From NCBI GenBank assembly GCA_905178155.1, contig CAJINV010000002.1:11200634-11264633 (forward strand): a DNA stretch of 64,000 nt, written 5' to 3'. The translations under genes were made by a program, and so were the position numbers. The notes beneath the pieces were generated by a model. The model did no database searches. It saw only the letters and a program-made list of their open reading frames with translations, and was not told where the DNA came from. This DNA is from Amoebophrya sp. A120 (taxonomy: Eukaryota; Protista; Dinoflagellata). Of the stretch, positions 39,401-50,400 are shown one piece after another (position 1 is the first letter of the stretch; each line of letters starts with the position of its first letter).

Positions 39401-42400
39401 AGCCAGCCTGCCACCGGCGGATCCGTCTTCCGACGCCGAGTATTGGACCGTGGACCCATCGGTATTGGAGCCCTTCGTGCCGTCGGAGCATGTCGTCCGC
39501 ATCGACTGTAGCACCCTGTTTCCGCTACCACAAGCGGTCTCGGTCGACATTTCGTTTGCGCCGATGGTATCGATCCCCGGCGCCCCGATAACTGCGACGC
39601 CCGCGGAACTCGAGGAAGGGGTCCGGTTTGAAGTTACCCTACTGGAAAAACATAAAAAAACTGTCAAGCCCCGCGTGGTCCTTCGCGACGTCGTTTCGGG
39701 GGAGCAGATCAAGCATGCGCGCTGTCGGCTCCATCAGGTCGGTCCTGCACCCAACCAAGAGAAACAGGTCGCAGATCCGGGCCCCGATACGAAGGTCAGA
39801 AACGCGATCAGTGGAAACGCGACCCAGGAACAGATCGACGCGGAGATTACCAAGCGAAAGGAGGCCGCACAGGAAAAGCTGTCAGACCGCGACTTCCACC
39901 AACTGATCTGCAATACGCTCCTGAATACGCTCCCCGCCGAGATGCCGTTCGAGCTGCGCTGCTGCTTCGTCAAAATCTGTTGTGTCCTCCGCGCCGCCCT
40001 GTGGGCCCCGGGCCAGCCTTTCCCGACGGTCCGAATCGCGAAAGCATTCCACCCGATCAACCCGCGGGCCTCCGCCGGTGTCTCGCGGCGTTTCAGCCTG
40101 CCTGGCGTGCTGGATCACATCATGAGGTTCCTGATCGAGGAAGCCATGTCCGAGGGGTTTATCGAGCCCTGGTTTAAGAAGGCCGCCCAGACCGGGGCCC
40201 CGTCACTTATATCCAGTATGTTCCTGGCAAAACGGAAAAAGTCGCTACTGGGGCGGATTGTGGTGGACTGCGTCGGAGTAAATAGACTCTTCGAGGCTGT
40301 AACGTGGCCCATCAACTGGTGTGCGGATGTCTGGAAGGAGTTGCTGTCCGGATTTCCGGTCGTCGAATCGGAGGAGTCCGACCCTTCGCCCCCGGCAACA
40401 GCGCCGAAGCCGAAGCAGACCCGACCCGCAGCCACCCGCGAAGAGGACGAGGAAGCGCACGTCGCCCCTGTCGCATCCCCAGAGGAAGCGGCGGAAGAAG
40501 TTGCGATCGCTGCTGCCGCCCTGGCCGACGAAGTCACTGCAAACCCCACCGGGCGGAACGTCTGCAAACACGGCGAAACAGCTACCGAAGAAGAAAACGA
40601 AGACGATGAAACAGACCGAATTTATGATATTTTTGATGATGGAGATGCTCTCATGGAGGACGCCAACGCCCCCGCGGCAAGCCCGGACGCGGACGAGCAT
40701 CTCCTTCCCCCGGAGGATGAAGAACAGCTGCTGAATCCGGACGACGACAGCAAGGAGAAAGTCGCCCCGCTCCGGCTTCCCGAATGGGCTTTCCACATCC
40801 ACTGCCGCCGGAAGGACGACGTCCGGGGCAACAATCTCGTCGTGACCCTCCGCCCGAAGTACATCCTCCCACCCTGTGGTGATCGGTGGCTTCGATATGG
40901 GTTCACGAACCGAAATAAAAAGGCCGGGCCGCCTGAGCGGGCCTACCGACTGATCCGCCAGATGCTCGGCCACGACCTATCCCACCCTATTAGCAAAACA
41001 TGGCGAGAGTATAAAATCCTGCCACCCCGTGCGGAACTGGACGCAGAGTCGGTCTGGTTCTCGCGGAGCATGCATCTCCCACGCGGCGCCAGGCTGTACG
41101 ACGATGAGCACCCGTCCTGCCCGACTGCGCGGGTGATCTTCGACTCCAAGAACTATTTCCTTTTCCAATGCTTTTGCGATCGCGGGCCTGCCGATGCGTC
41201 CCCGTCGGTCGAAGTGGAGTACGGACAGAATCCGGTCGAGATTCAAGCCGAACCGCCTGAGATGGGGCCACTGAAGAAAGGCGCGAAGGAACTCGATGCG
41301 CTCCTCGACAGCCTGGGAACTGTCGACGCCTCGGAAGTTGTAGTATCGACGCCCGGGGACGAACTGCCTGACGAAGATGCCCAGGCGGACTCCATCCTTT
41401 GGAAAACCGCGACGGAACTCGAGCGAGTTATCTTCCCCGCGAGTTCGACCGAGTGGGTCTGGTCCACCATCCACATTCTCGTCGGCGAAGGGCAAGACGA
41501 AACCTATACCGCCGAGAATGCGACGCGGTTCGTCGAGATCCGGGTCGCGCGAGACGATGAAGGAAACATCATGGAAGGAAAGATCCGCCGGTGGGGCGGT
41601 GCTCTGATGTTTCTGGTGGTCGGGGACAGTTTTCTCGAGAAACGGAGGCCGAACACGATCTACCTCCTGTTCGCGCGGAAGCTGATCGCCCTCCTGCACC
41701 TGGAGCCCGATTTCAAAAAAGTTCTAACGGAGACCCAGAAGCGCCAGTTCGTTCTGGAATTTGCTGCCTTCGAGGCCGTCGCCCGATCCGAGGAAGAAGA
41801 GGAGCAGATCGCCCATCTGCTCGCGGTTGCGAAGAAGCATGGCCTCCGCCCGAAACGGAATAAGGCGATGGCGATGCTGGAGCGACTCCCGTCCTACCGC
41901 CTTTGCGGCGACGTCCTGCAATTTCGCGTCCCCCTCCACGGCTGGAAGATCCTGCTGCCCACCCTTGTAGAACCTGAAGAATTTATTTTCGAGGGCCAGA
42001 CCTATGACCATACCAGCATCGCAGTTGCTGTGATCAGTGCGATCCATGCGGTTTCGCACGGACGGAAAGGCATCCTCTACCACCTAACACTGCGAAAAGG
42101 ATTCTTTGTCGAGGGCGGATTGCTGGACCTCTGTGCCAAGATCGTATCCTTATGCATCTACTGCAGCCTCAGCCCCTACGCACAACAAGGCCCGAGCTCA
42201 GTGCGACTGCAACCACGGTTGGAGCTGTTCAGGCACCGGGGACAGGTGCTGTTTATCGATTACATCTGTGGCCTTGCTTCCGGTGACGAGTTCAGCAGCA
42301 TTTTTACGGCCACCGACGGACGAAGCGAGCTGACATGGGCGGAGCCGACGACGGACGCGACGGCAGCCACGGCCGCCGACTGCGTCTTCCGCTTGATGTT

Positions 42401-44330
42401 GGCAACTTTCACACTGTATTCCTACATCCGATGCGACAATGGGTCGCATTTCGGGCGTCTATTTCTGGACACCCTAAACGCGCTCATCCAGAAAATCGAC
42501 CCCCTGCACGAGGTCAAGACCTGGAAGAGTCCGCACTACCTCGCGTCCGGAAACTGGATGGTCGAACACCCTCACCACCTGCTCAACTTTCTGATCCGCC
42601 TGCTACACGCCCTGGCTCCGCCGAGTTTCCGACTGGAGCGACGAAACACGATGGACGGCGAGTTTTTGTTTGTTGTCCTCGACGACCCGAGTATGAAGCT
42701 GGTGGCCGAGAAGAAAAAGATCAACGTGAAGCGCGGCCCGAAAGGGAAGAAACAAGCAGCCGAAGAAGCCGAAGCACAGGAAGAAGATGCGATGGCGTTC
42801 CTGCCTTCCAACTGGTCCGACCATGTCCGCCGTGCTGGTTACCTCCTCGGAATCCAACCGCGGGGCAGCTATGCCGGTGCATCGCTGGTCGAACGGCACT
42901 GGGGTGCTGCAGCGCCGATCGCCGCCAACGAAGCTGTTTTCTCCACAACTGTCGAGGGGGATCTGCTCGATGAAGTTTCGCTCGCGATCAAGAAACGCCG
43001 AGAAACCGACTTCGAAGCTGTCGCGAGCCGCATCTTCAATCACGGTCGAAGCGTGAAGCGCGAAGCCCAGAAAACCGTCAACAAGGACCTGACTGCCGGC
43101 GACACGGTGATCCGCTTGAAACCCGATCGGTCCAAATACGAAATGAAGTTCTTGCCCCGGATTTTCGTCGTCCAGCATCGGAATGCCAACTCGGTCGTGC
43201 TTGGCTGCCTGCTCGGCCGCAGAATCCGCTTCGGGCAACCGCAGGCGATCACGATGGTTCGCGCCCTCCCGCTTACGGAGCCTGCGATCCTGGCCTACCT
43301 GACTGCCGCCCTGACTCCCGGCGAAGTTTCGAAACGCGTAAAGGAACTCGTGCAGCTGGGAACGCTCGACCGCGAGTGGCCCGCCCGCCCGCCCCTGTTG
43401 CGTCGCCAGCCGGAGATCCTACCACCGGGGGAAATCGTGATCGTCTCCTACAACCTCGATGGACTGTTTGCTTCGATCGAAAACGGCCCGAGACTGCTGG
43501 ACCTGGAAGAAATTCTGAAGATGAAGCCCCACCTGATTTTTTTACAAGAGACCAAAGTCTCCCCGTCGCTGGAAACGAAAGCCCGCGACGCGCTCAACGC
43601 ACTGGATTCCGATTACACGATCTACCTGCGCCCGAGCGTCTCCAAGATCGGCTATTCGTCCACTGCTGCCCTCGCCCGCAGAGACCTCCCACACGAATAT
43701 TTTGGCGCGACCCGCTTCAACTCCGAAGTGCAGCATGAAGGTCGCTTCCAGGAAATTGTTGTTGGGGGCGAACACACCTTCGGGAATGTGTACAGCGTGA
43801 ACGCGATGGAGGAGTTGCGTCGCATGAAGCAGGCCCAAGCCTGGGACCTGGACCTGCGTCAGTGGCTCGCCGGCCCGGGAAAGCGGATCCTCATCGGCGA
43901 TTTCAACAGAGTGATCGACCGATCGATTTACGGCCTGCACGGGCGGCACAACCGAGAAACCCCATCGACCTCACGCCAGGAAACTGCCAGCATCCAGAAA
44001 CTGCTGGGGACCGAAAATAAGGCGCTGCAGGTGACGCACGGGAAACGCAGCTGGACCATCTGCACCTATGACAAAACCGGTTTTGCTGTTGATTATCTCG
44101 TCCTGAACAAAGAGGCCCAGGACGCCAACACGGGACCGCTGAAGAACAAACCGACCACCGAAAAGCGCCCGGACCAACTGCAACCAGCGGCGAAGGAGTT
44201 GTTCTGCTCCCCACCCTCCATGACGCTGGAAATCAGAGGAACCCGGCGGGGAATCGACCACCAAATCCTGATTAGCCACATGCGGGTGGGGGAAGATGAG
44301 AAAACTGAAGTGACTGCCGAGGCCTACTAG
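27442..44330 (+). CDS. Retroelement Gag-Pol-like polyprotein (~3852 aa when 27442-34989 is joined to 40320-44330), Ty3/Gypsy-like enzymes plus C-terminal AP endonuclease
   Basis: The N-terminus is Gln-rich, coiled-coil and Pro-Ala-rich, followed by a Cys/His cluster (30061-30235). Protease LPDSG at 31624. RT motif A (LCLDHAKGFLQ) at 32695, motif B (RMFLGLIFAP) near 32791, YMDD at 33070, then KVYILG and thumb PDPEKVAA..PMPRSVKELKSF. RNase H D/E/D/D at 33556/33688/33766/33922. RT fingers GFIEP..SSMFLAKRKK..GRIVVD..VN..WP at 34720-34989. Integrase HHCC at 42045-42164 and D/D/E at 42258/42435/42564. APE SYNLDGL, LQETK, GDFN, DY, DH at 43431-44330. Confidence 0.9.
29760..40319 (+). repeat. Apparently identical 5230-bp direct duplication (29760-34989 = 35090-40319) straddling an N gap; probable unmerged contig overlap
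   Basis: The offset is a constant 5330, all ORFs in the track repeat identically, and the copies abut the 100-N gap exactly. Confidence 0.9.
34990..35089. other. Assembly gap (100 N)
   Basis: Run of N. Confidence 1.
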
Positions 44331-45165
44331 CATCGCAATTACGATTAGAATGCACTAGATCTAGCCTATACTATGACGAATTTTCGCCCCGGAATGAATG
44401 CAAAAGAGAGGCGAAAACCATATCAAAACTAGACTACTTTCAAAGACTTTTACTACTGAAAAAGAACCCAAAACCGACGGCAATCCAGATCCGATAGCTC
44501 GGAGGCATTCGTCGCGATCGGATCGGCACTGTCGTCGGGGGAACAGAAGAAACGAACAGACTAGAAGGAGAAGAGCATGCGTATTTTGATCACTTGTAAG
44601 ATTTAGATGTATGATTTATGATTTTTTCTTTTCAAGATTGCCATGCGATTTCCTTCAAGATGATTTTTTTTCGAAAAGACCAGAACTCACTAGAACCGGC
44701 ATAGAAGTGACTGCTTTTCTTTATATTTTCATAAGGTGAAGAAAAGCAACAAACCACATGTATAATTCTAGAAATTTTACCTTTCTATACCTCACAATCC
44801 AATCCAGGAGTCGACCTTGATAGATCCTTCAGCAGAAGAGAGGCCTTGATACACCAAAAGCCGATCCCATCAAGGATCGGAAATTTCTGCTGAAGAATCG
44901 ATCAAGAAATCGACCTTGGAGATGACAAATTTTCACTCCTTTCTAGATGAAATCTAACAACCAGAATTCGATCAAAACACCACAAGAATCTAACAAATAA
45001 AAAATGACACACTTTCAAATCACGATGAGAATGAGAATGAGAATGAACGATGGAAAGACGACGGGAATCGGATTTGATTTCTCATGCAAAAATGATGATG
45101 AGAAACAAATTTCTCATGCGAAATCCATGGATCAATCTCGATGAAGATGGACACTGACTTTCTCA

Positions 45166-45265
45166 NNNNNNNNNNNNNNNNNNNNNNNNNNNNNNNNNNN
45201 NNNNNNNNNNNNNNNNNNNNNNNNNNNNNNNNNNNNNNNNNNNNNNNNNNNNNNNNNNNNNNNNN
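45166..45265. other. Assembly gap (100 N)
   Basis: Run of N. Confidence 1.
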
Positions 45266-45277
45266 TAGTTTTCAAAT

Positions 45278-45332
45278 TAATGCAACTTTTATTGCAAATT
45301 TTATTGCAAAGATTATTGCAAAAATTATTGCA
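45278..45332 (+). repeat. Short 12-bp tandem repeat (TTATTGCAAANN) next to the gap
   Basis: ttttattgcaaattttattgcaaagattattgcaaaaattattgca. Confidence 0.7.
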
Positions 45333-47430
45333 GAGGTCAGGCCGCGGGATTTTGCGAAAAACGTTGCAAGTCCTGCCGCCTCCTCTGCAAAAACCCTCGA
45401 CCCCTTCTGACCCACAGACAAGAGCCCCGCTACCAAGCAAGGGCCGCAGGTTGGGCCGGGATCGGCTTCCCGGTACCGGCGGGCGACACCCTGCCCCCAC
45501 GGGCCCCTTAGGAAAAAACAAGGCAAAACCCAGGCCCCGGGCCGAGAAACACGACCACGAAAGCGCCACCCGAGAAGCAACCCGGCGAAACCCGTCCCCG
45601 GCGGCAAGCCGGGCGATTTCGGCAAGGCAAATGGCAGGCCTGCGCCCTCGCGGCGGACACAGAAGCCAAATGCGGCACCCGTTGGAATAGGGAACAAAAG
45701 GACAGGGCCTCCGGGCTCCATTAGTTTCCCCCCCGGGGGCAACACGCGGCGCCCTTCGGGATTTCCGAAAAGCAAACCCCTTCCCAATCAATAAACAAAG
45801 CCAATGGGACGAAACCCGGCGCAGCTTTTTTCTTAGTGCTTTTTTACGCTGATTTTATTGGCCCGAATTTGCCCGGGGCTGGCTGGCTGAAAAAAATACA
45901 CAAAGAACGGCTGGGAGCCAGGGCGAGATAGAAAACATCGCGCAGGTCTACTCAATGGGGCAATGTTGCCAGGGCGAGGGACATAGCGCCCTGCTGCCAA
46001 TTTTCGAGACGCAAAATTCCACGAAATTCCACTTTTAGTTATCTCATCGGAACGCGTCGCAATGAACATATCATTTTTAATTTTCCGAGAAAAAAAAAAC
46101 GAATATGGAAAAATTTCACAACCAATTATCGGAAAATTTTCCAATGAAAATTCTTCAACTCAAATTCTGATGAATAATTCCAATTTTTTTTGCTCCAAAT
46201 CAACATCAAATGTCTGAATCAAAATGAATAAAATAGAAGGCAACACTATCGAAGAAAAGATCGATGAAAATAAATCATATTAAATCGGATTCCTATATCA
46301 ATCGATTCTTTCTTTCTTTCTTGTCATGTCTGGGCATGACTGACTCAAATTAATGAAATTGTCGCTTTGGTCCGGTCCGAGATTGTCTCTCTTGTTCATT
46401 CTCATCATCATGTAACCTCAAATGATAAAGATAAAGATTGAAATAGAGAAATGGCATTCGAAAAATAAAGATCTTCAGGCTCTAGTTCGAGACTCAGAAA
46501 TTAATTTTTTTCGATATGTAAGTAATTTTGTAATTGTAGGTCAATAATTTGAAGAAGAGTTTCCGAAATCCATCGTCATTTTCGAAATCAATCGATATAT
46601 TTTCGAAATCTATCATCATTTTCTCCGATATCGAGAAAAATTATCTATCTGGTTTGTTCCATATTCCCGAGAGGGATTCATGATTTTGATGATGATTTGT
46701 TGATTGCAATTGATGGATGTTGGATGGATCCGGATCGATAAAGATAATATGAATGGCTTAGATTGATGCAGGTTTCGTTCTGATGTAAAACACTCAAGTG
46801 ATATGCTTGCAGGCTCGAATGTGTTTGTCTCTCTTCTCTATCGCAGCTTCCATTTTCTTTTGAACAATCAATGGAAGGCAACGGTGGGCACGTATCTTAG
46901 GCATGATCAAGACTCATCAACGTCAACGAAATATGTCGACATCTACTCTTCAACTTTTCCAGGACTCCCAGTCCCATTCAAGAACAATTTGTTTCTTCGT
47001 CAGCAGTATCAATCTGAGAAAGAATACAAATAGGATGCTCGCCCTCGCGGCTGGGGCGAGGACGAGGTAGATACAATTTACAAGTTCAACTTCAAGCTCA
47101 TCTTCTGTCTCTAGTCATTCGATAATTCTGTGGTTCTGTTTTGCACTATCAACCTAGAATAGAAGTGCTAAGAATCATGCTAGAGTTTGCACACTTGATA
47201 TAATTATTTGCGACGTCGTCGTCCAACGATTAATTTTTAACAAAAAGAAGAACAAAAAGAAGAAGCACGTAGTCATAGTGTATTGAAGAAAAGAAAAAGC
47301 ACGTCGCTGGTACTACGGGGAGCCAATTTACATATTTATTTATCAATTTTGCCCACCCCTCGTTCGCTTTGTGTTTTTTTTTTGTATTATTTTTCGAAAG
47401 GCGTTCGCCGTAACGCTAACGATAAGAATA

Positions 47431-50400
47431 TCAAAACTCAACGGCACCAGAATTCAGAAAGTCGGGATTTAGGCGGATTTCCGTTTCGATAGGCATACCG
47501 GCAGCTGCTCCTGACGAAAGATAGTTGTCCAGTGGTGGAGGTGCAGCACCTGGCCCTGCTGTTGCTGACCCCGCGGCGCCTTCAACTTCATCGAGGTTGA
47601 CTCGCGTAGGTCCAGCACTTTCCTCCTCGTCGTAGTTTATGTTGTAAAACGCGTCCTGCAGCGTTCTCAGCTCTTCCGGCCAAACTTCGAGGATGTGTCG
47701 CAGGCTTTGGTGCAGCAGCACCCCTTTGAAGGTACGTAGGTAGGTGATCGCCGCTTCCACCGCAGGGCGTTTCACTGCTTCTCCCAAATTGCCCCCCAAC
47801 CGCCCAACTTTCGTGAGCAGGTCCACCACCAGAGCAGTTCTCCACTTGGCTCCGTCCTTCAGCACGTAGGTGAGACCAATCCGCGTCAATTTCTCAACAT
47901 AGCTGCGGGCAGATTCTTATTCTGTGTAAACGCTTTCTGTCCACCACCTAGAAGGATTCTTTCTCACATTACTTCAGGACTGGACGCATGCAGATTGATG
48001 CATATAATCCGCGACGTCTTATTTGTAAAGCCGACGGCACTTGATCATGCGCATGCAGGCACCATCGTCAAGTAGCTGCGAGTGTCATTATGTATGATGG
48101 TGAATCACCATTGGTGATGCTGCGTCGCCCTGTACAGCCTCTACCTAAACTGGGTGACGACTCCGAGCTCGGGCTGGGCACTTTTGACACAGAATAATTC
48201 TTCCTCGCAGAAGCGCCTGAGCAGCTTCAAAAAAGGAATCAGAGCTGCTCGCGCGTACTGTGGATTTAGAAAACACGCTTGACCCAAAACCTCCAGCAGC
48301 CGGATGCCGTGGCTCCCCGCTAACCTATGTTGTTCGATGGATAGATAGTTCGTGCTGATGGCGATTTAGATTTCGTGCACCGAGGATGTTGACAAATGTG
48401 CTCGAAGGAGCTTGCATCAGTGGGATGAAGTCACTGAGTGTGAGTCATAGTGTCAATCATGATCGCGAAAGAAACAAGTGACCTCGTTTTTCGGTAAACC
48501 GAATGCAATATGCATTTCTTCATGTAAAATCAATCTTAATCTTGAAAATGTGCAGACGTTATACACTTATTTTGCAAAGCTTCTAGCTTAATGCTTCTAC
48601 AACATGCACCTGTCGTGCCCTGCAAGCGCCATGAGGAGATCAAGATCCGCAAGGGACAGGGCCTGGGTCACGTCAAGCTGCTTCAGGAGCTATGGATGTG
48701 TCAGGATCGAAATCGACAATATCGAAAAACTTGTGATGCATAAAATGTAGGGCACTGAAGGCCTGTATTGGGGAGCAGGCAAATGAGACCGATGGCAAGC
48801 CTGTTTAGGGGTATGCAATGCGCTGCCAGAATAGCGTGACAGGGGCAGTCTTCTTTGTCCAAACACCATGACAGACTGGATTTCGGTGCTCCCGAAATTT
48901 GTGATGCGCCACTTGGAAACTGAGGCTCCAACTGGTATTGATTTTATGCATCACAAATCTTTCGATTTTGTCAATTTCGATTCTGACACTTCCATAGGAG
49001 CAGCTCGGCTAATACGCCGACGGGGACGTAGGGCTGTATGGGGCTCTCAAACGTTACATTCTCAACTGTTGCATGATTTGTCATGCAAAAACACTATCAC
49101 TATTCACACGAACAAGCCTGCCTTGCATGGCAACTTCTCGACGCGCTAAATAGCACTATAATCCGTCCCAAATCTGTAATGCAAAAGGCGCAATCTTCCT
49201 CCCGTACTTTTGCCACTCTTGCATTACAAAGAAACTCATGTAACAGTTGAGAATGTAACGTTTGAGAACGCCATAGGCTGCTCGAGAAAGCGAATCAAGT
49301 GCCGCAGCGCGAAGGCGCGAATTGGGTCGGTGGAGCTTGCGGCCCTACTTGTCGAGGAGGAGCCCGCTCCTGTAACGACGTCCTTGTCCTGCTCGCGCTG
49401 GTGATGAAACAGCATGCCTCTCTCCATAAACACGCAGCAAATTGTCCGATACGCTGCGCTCGCGTACCGCACCACCTGCGCCTCGCAGAAGGCCTCCACG
49501 AGGAAGAACAGGCAGGACCAGGCTTGGTAGGTCTCCGTGGTGGCAGGAAACACCAAAGCGGCCGCGCGCAGTCGTTCTAGCAGGCTGGCACAGGCATCAT
49601 CCACAGACATGGGCGACAGCTGGCGGTCGTGAAAGCGCAAGACAAGCTCCGCCGCGAAACAGAGGCCAAGAATGTCGTCCGTTTGCAAACAAAAGTCCAA
49701 CAGCGGCCCGAGGGCACCTTGCGTTGTTTTAATAGAGGCGTAAGCAGCTCTTTTTTTTTTGTAGATCAGGCTCAGGATCAGAAGATGCTGATGCAGTATG
49801 AAAACTAGATGTTGATGTTGTGTACCTTTGTTTATCCTCATAAATAAAGAACATTCTTCTGAGAAAAAAATATCACGTAAAAATTCTTGCTCATTGCTTG
49901 GTTTCTGGTGGTGTAGTATCGTTTGCACCTTGCCAATAGAGCGCTTCCGCTGCGTCGGCTCGTTCCAGGAAACAGCGGCCCAGGAGGTAAATTGTTTCCA
50001 TATCGGCCATTTCCGGGAGGAACTGGGTCCACAACTCTATTTGTGCGTCTCTTGAGCAAAGGTACACAAAAGCTGAAACTGCGTCGGCGGAAATGTTCCC
50101 ATTAGAAACGCCGAGAGGTACCACTCGCGCGACTGGAGAAATGCCGCTTCCAACACCTGCGCGGGAACCACGTGGCATCTTTGTTCGCGCATTTTCCTCT
50201 TTGAACGCAGAAAGTGGTCCCGCTGCAAGGTACCGCTGTGGCCTTGAAGTCGGTGATGAAGTCGCGATTGCGCTTGCTTCTTGTGCTGCCGCAGCTTCCA
50301 TTTGTTCTATGGTAGTGTGACCAGGACCGTCAGGAGCTGACCCATCCTGTCCGCCGGCCTGGTCCGCCGGCTTTATGTTTATCGCATCCGCCTCGCCATA

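Larger units (their letters stand above)
22000..47100 (+). mobile_element. Giant retroelement-like insertion (boundaries approximate): one polyprotein ORF plus multi-kb non-coding flanks
   Basis: Composition changes abruptly to gene-free AT-rich and then GC-rich blocks on both sides of an intronless PR/RT/RH/IN/APE ORF. A degenerate inverted repeat links 24553-24603 and 46014-46070. Exact ends and target-site duplication were not found. Confidence 0.55.

Noticed and set aside
29760-40319. Two tandem polyprotein genes (2571 aa and 3118 aa), or a biological tandem duplication
   Set aside because: The copies appear identical and abut a 100-N gap exactly, and collapsing them yields one continuous frame. 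It is most likely an unmerged contig overlap. It does not cause the RT permutation, which is present within each copy.
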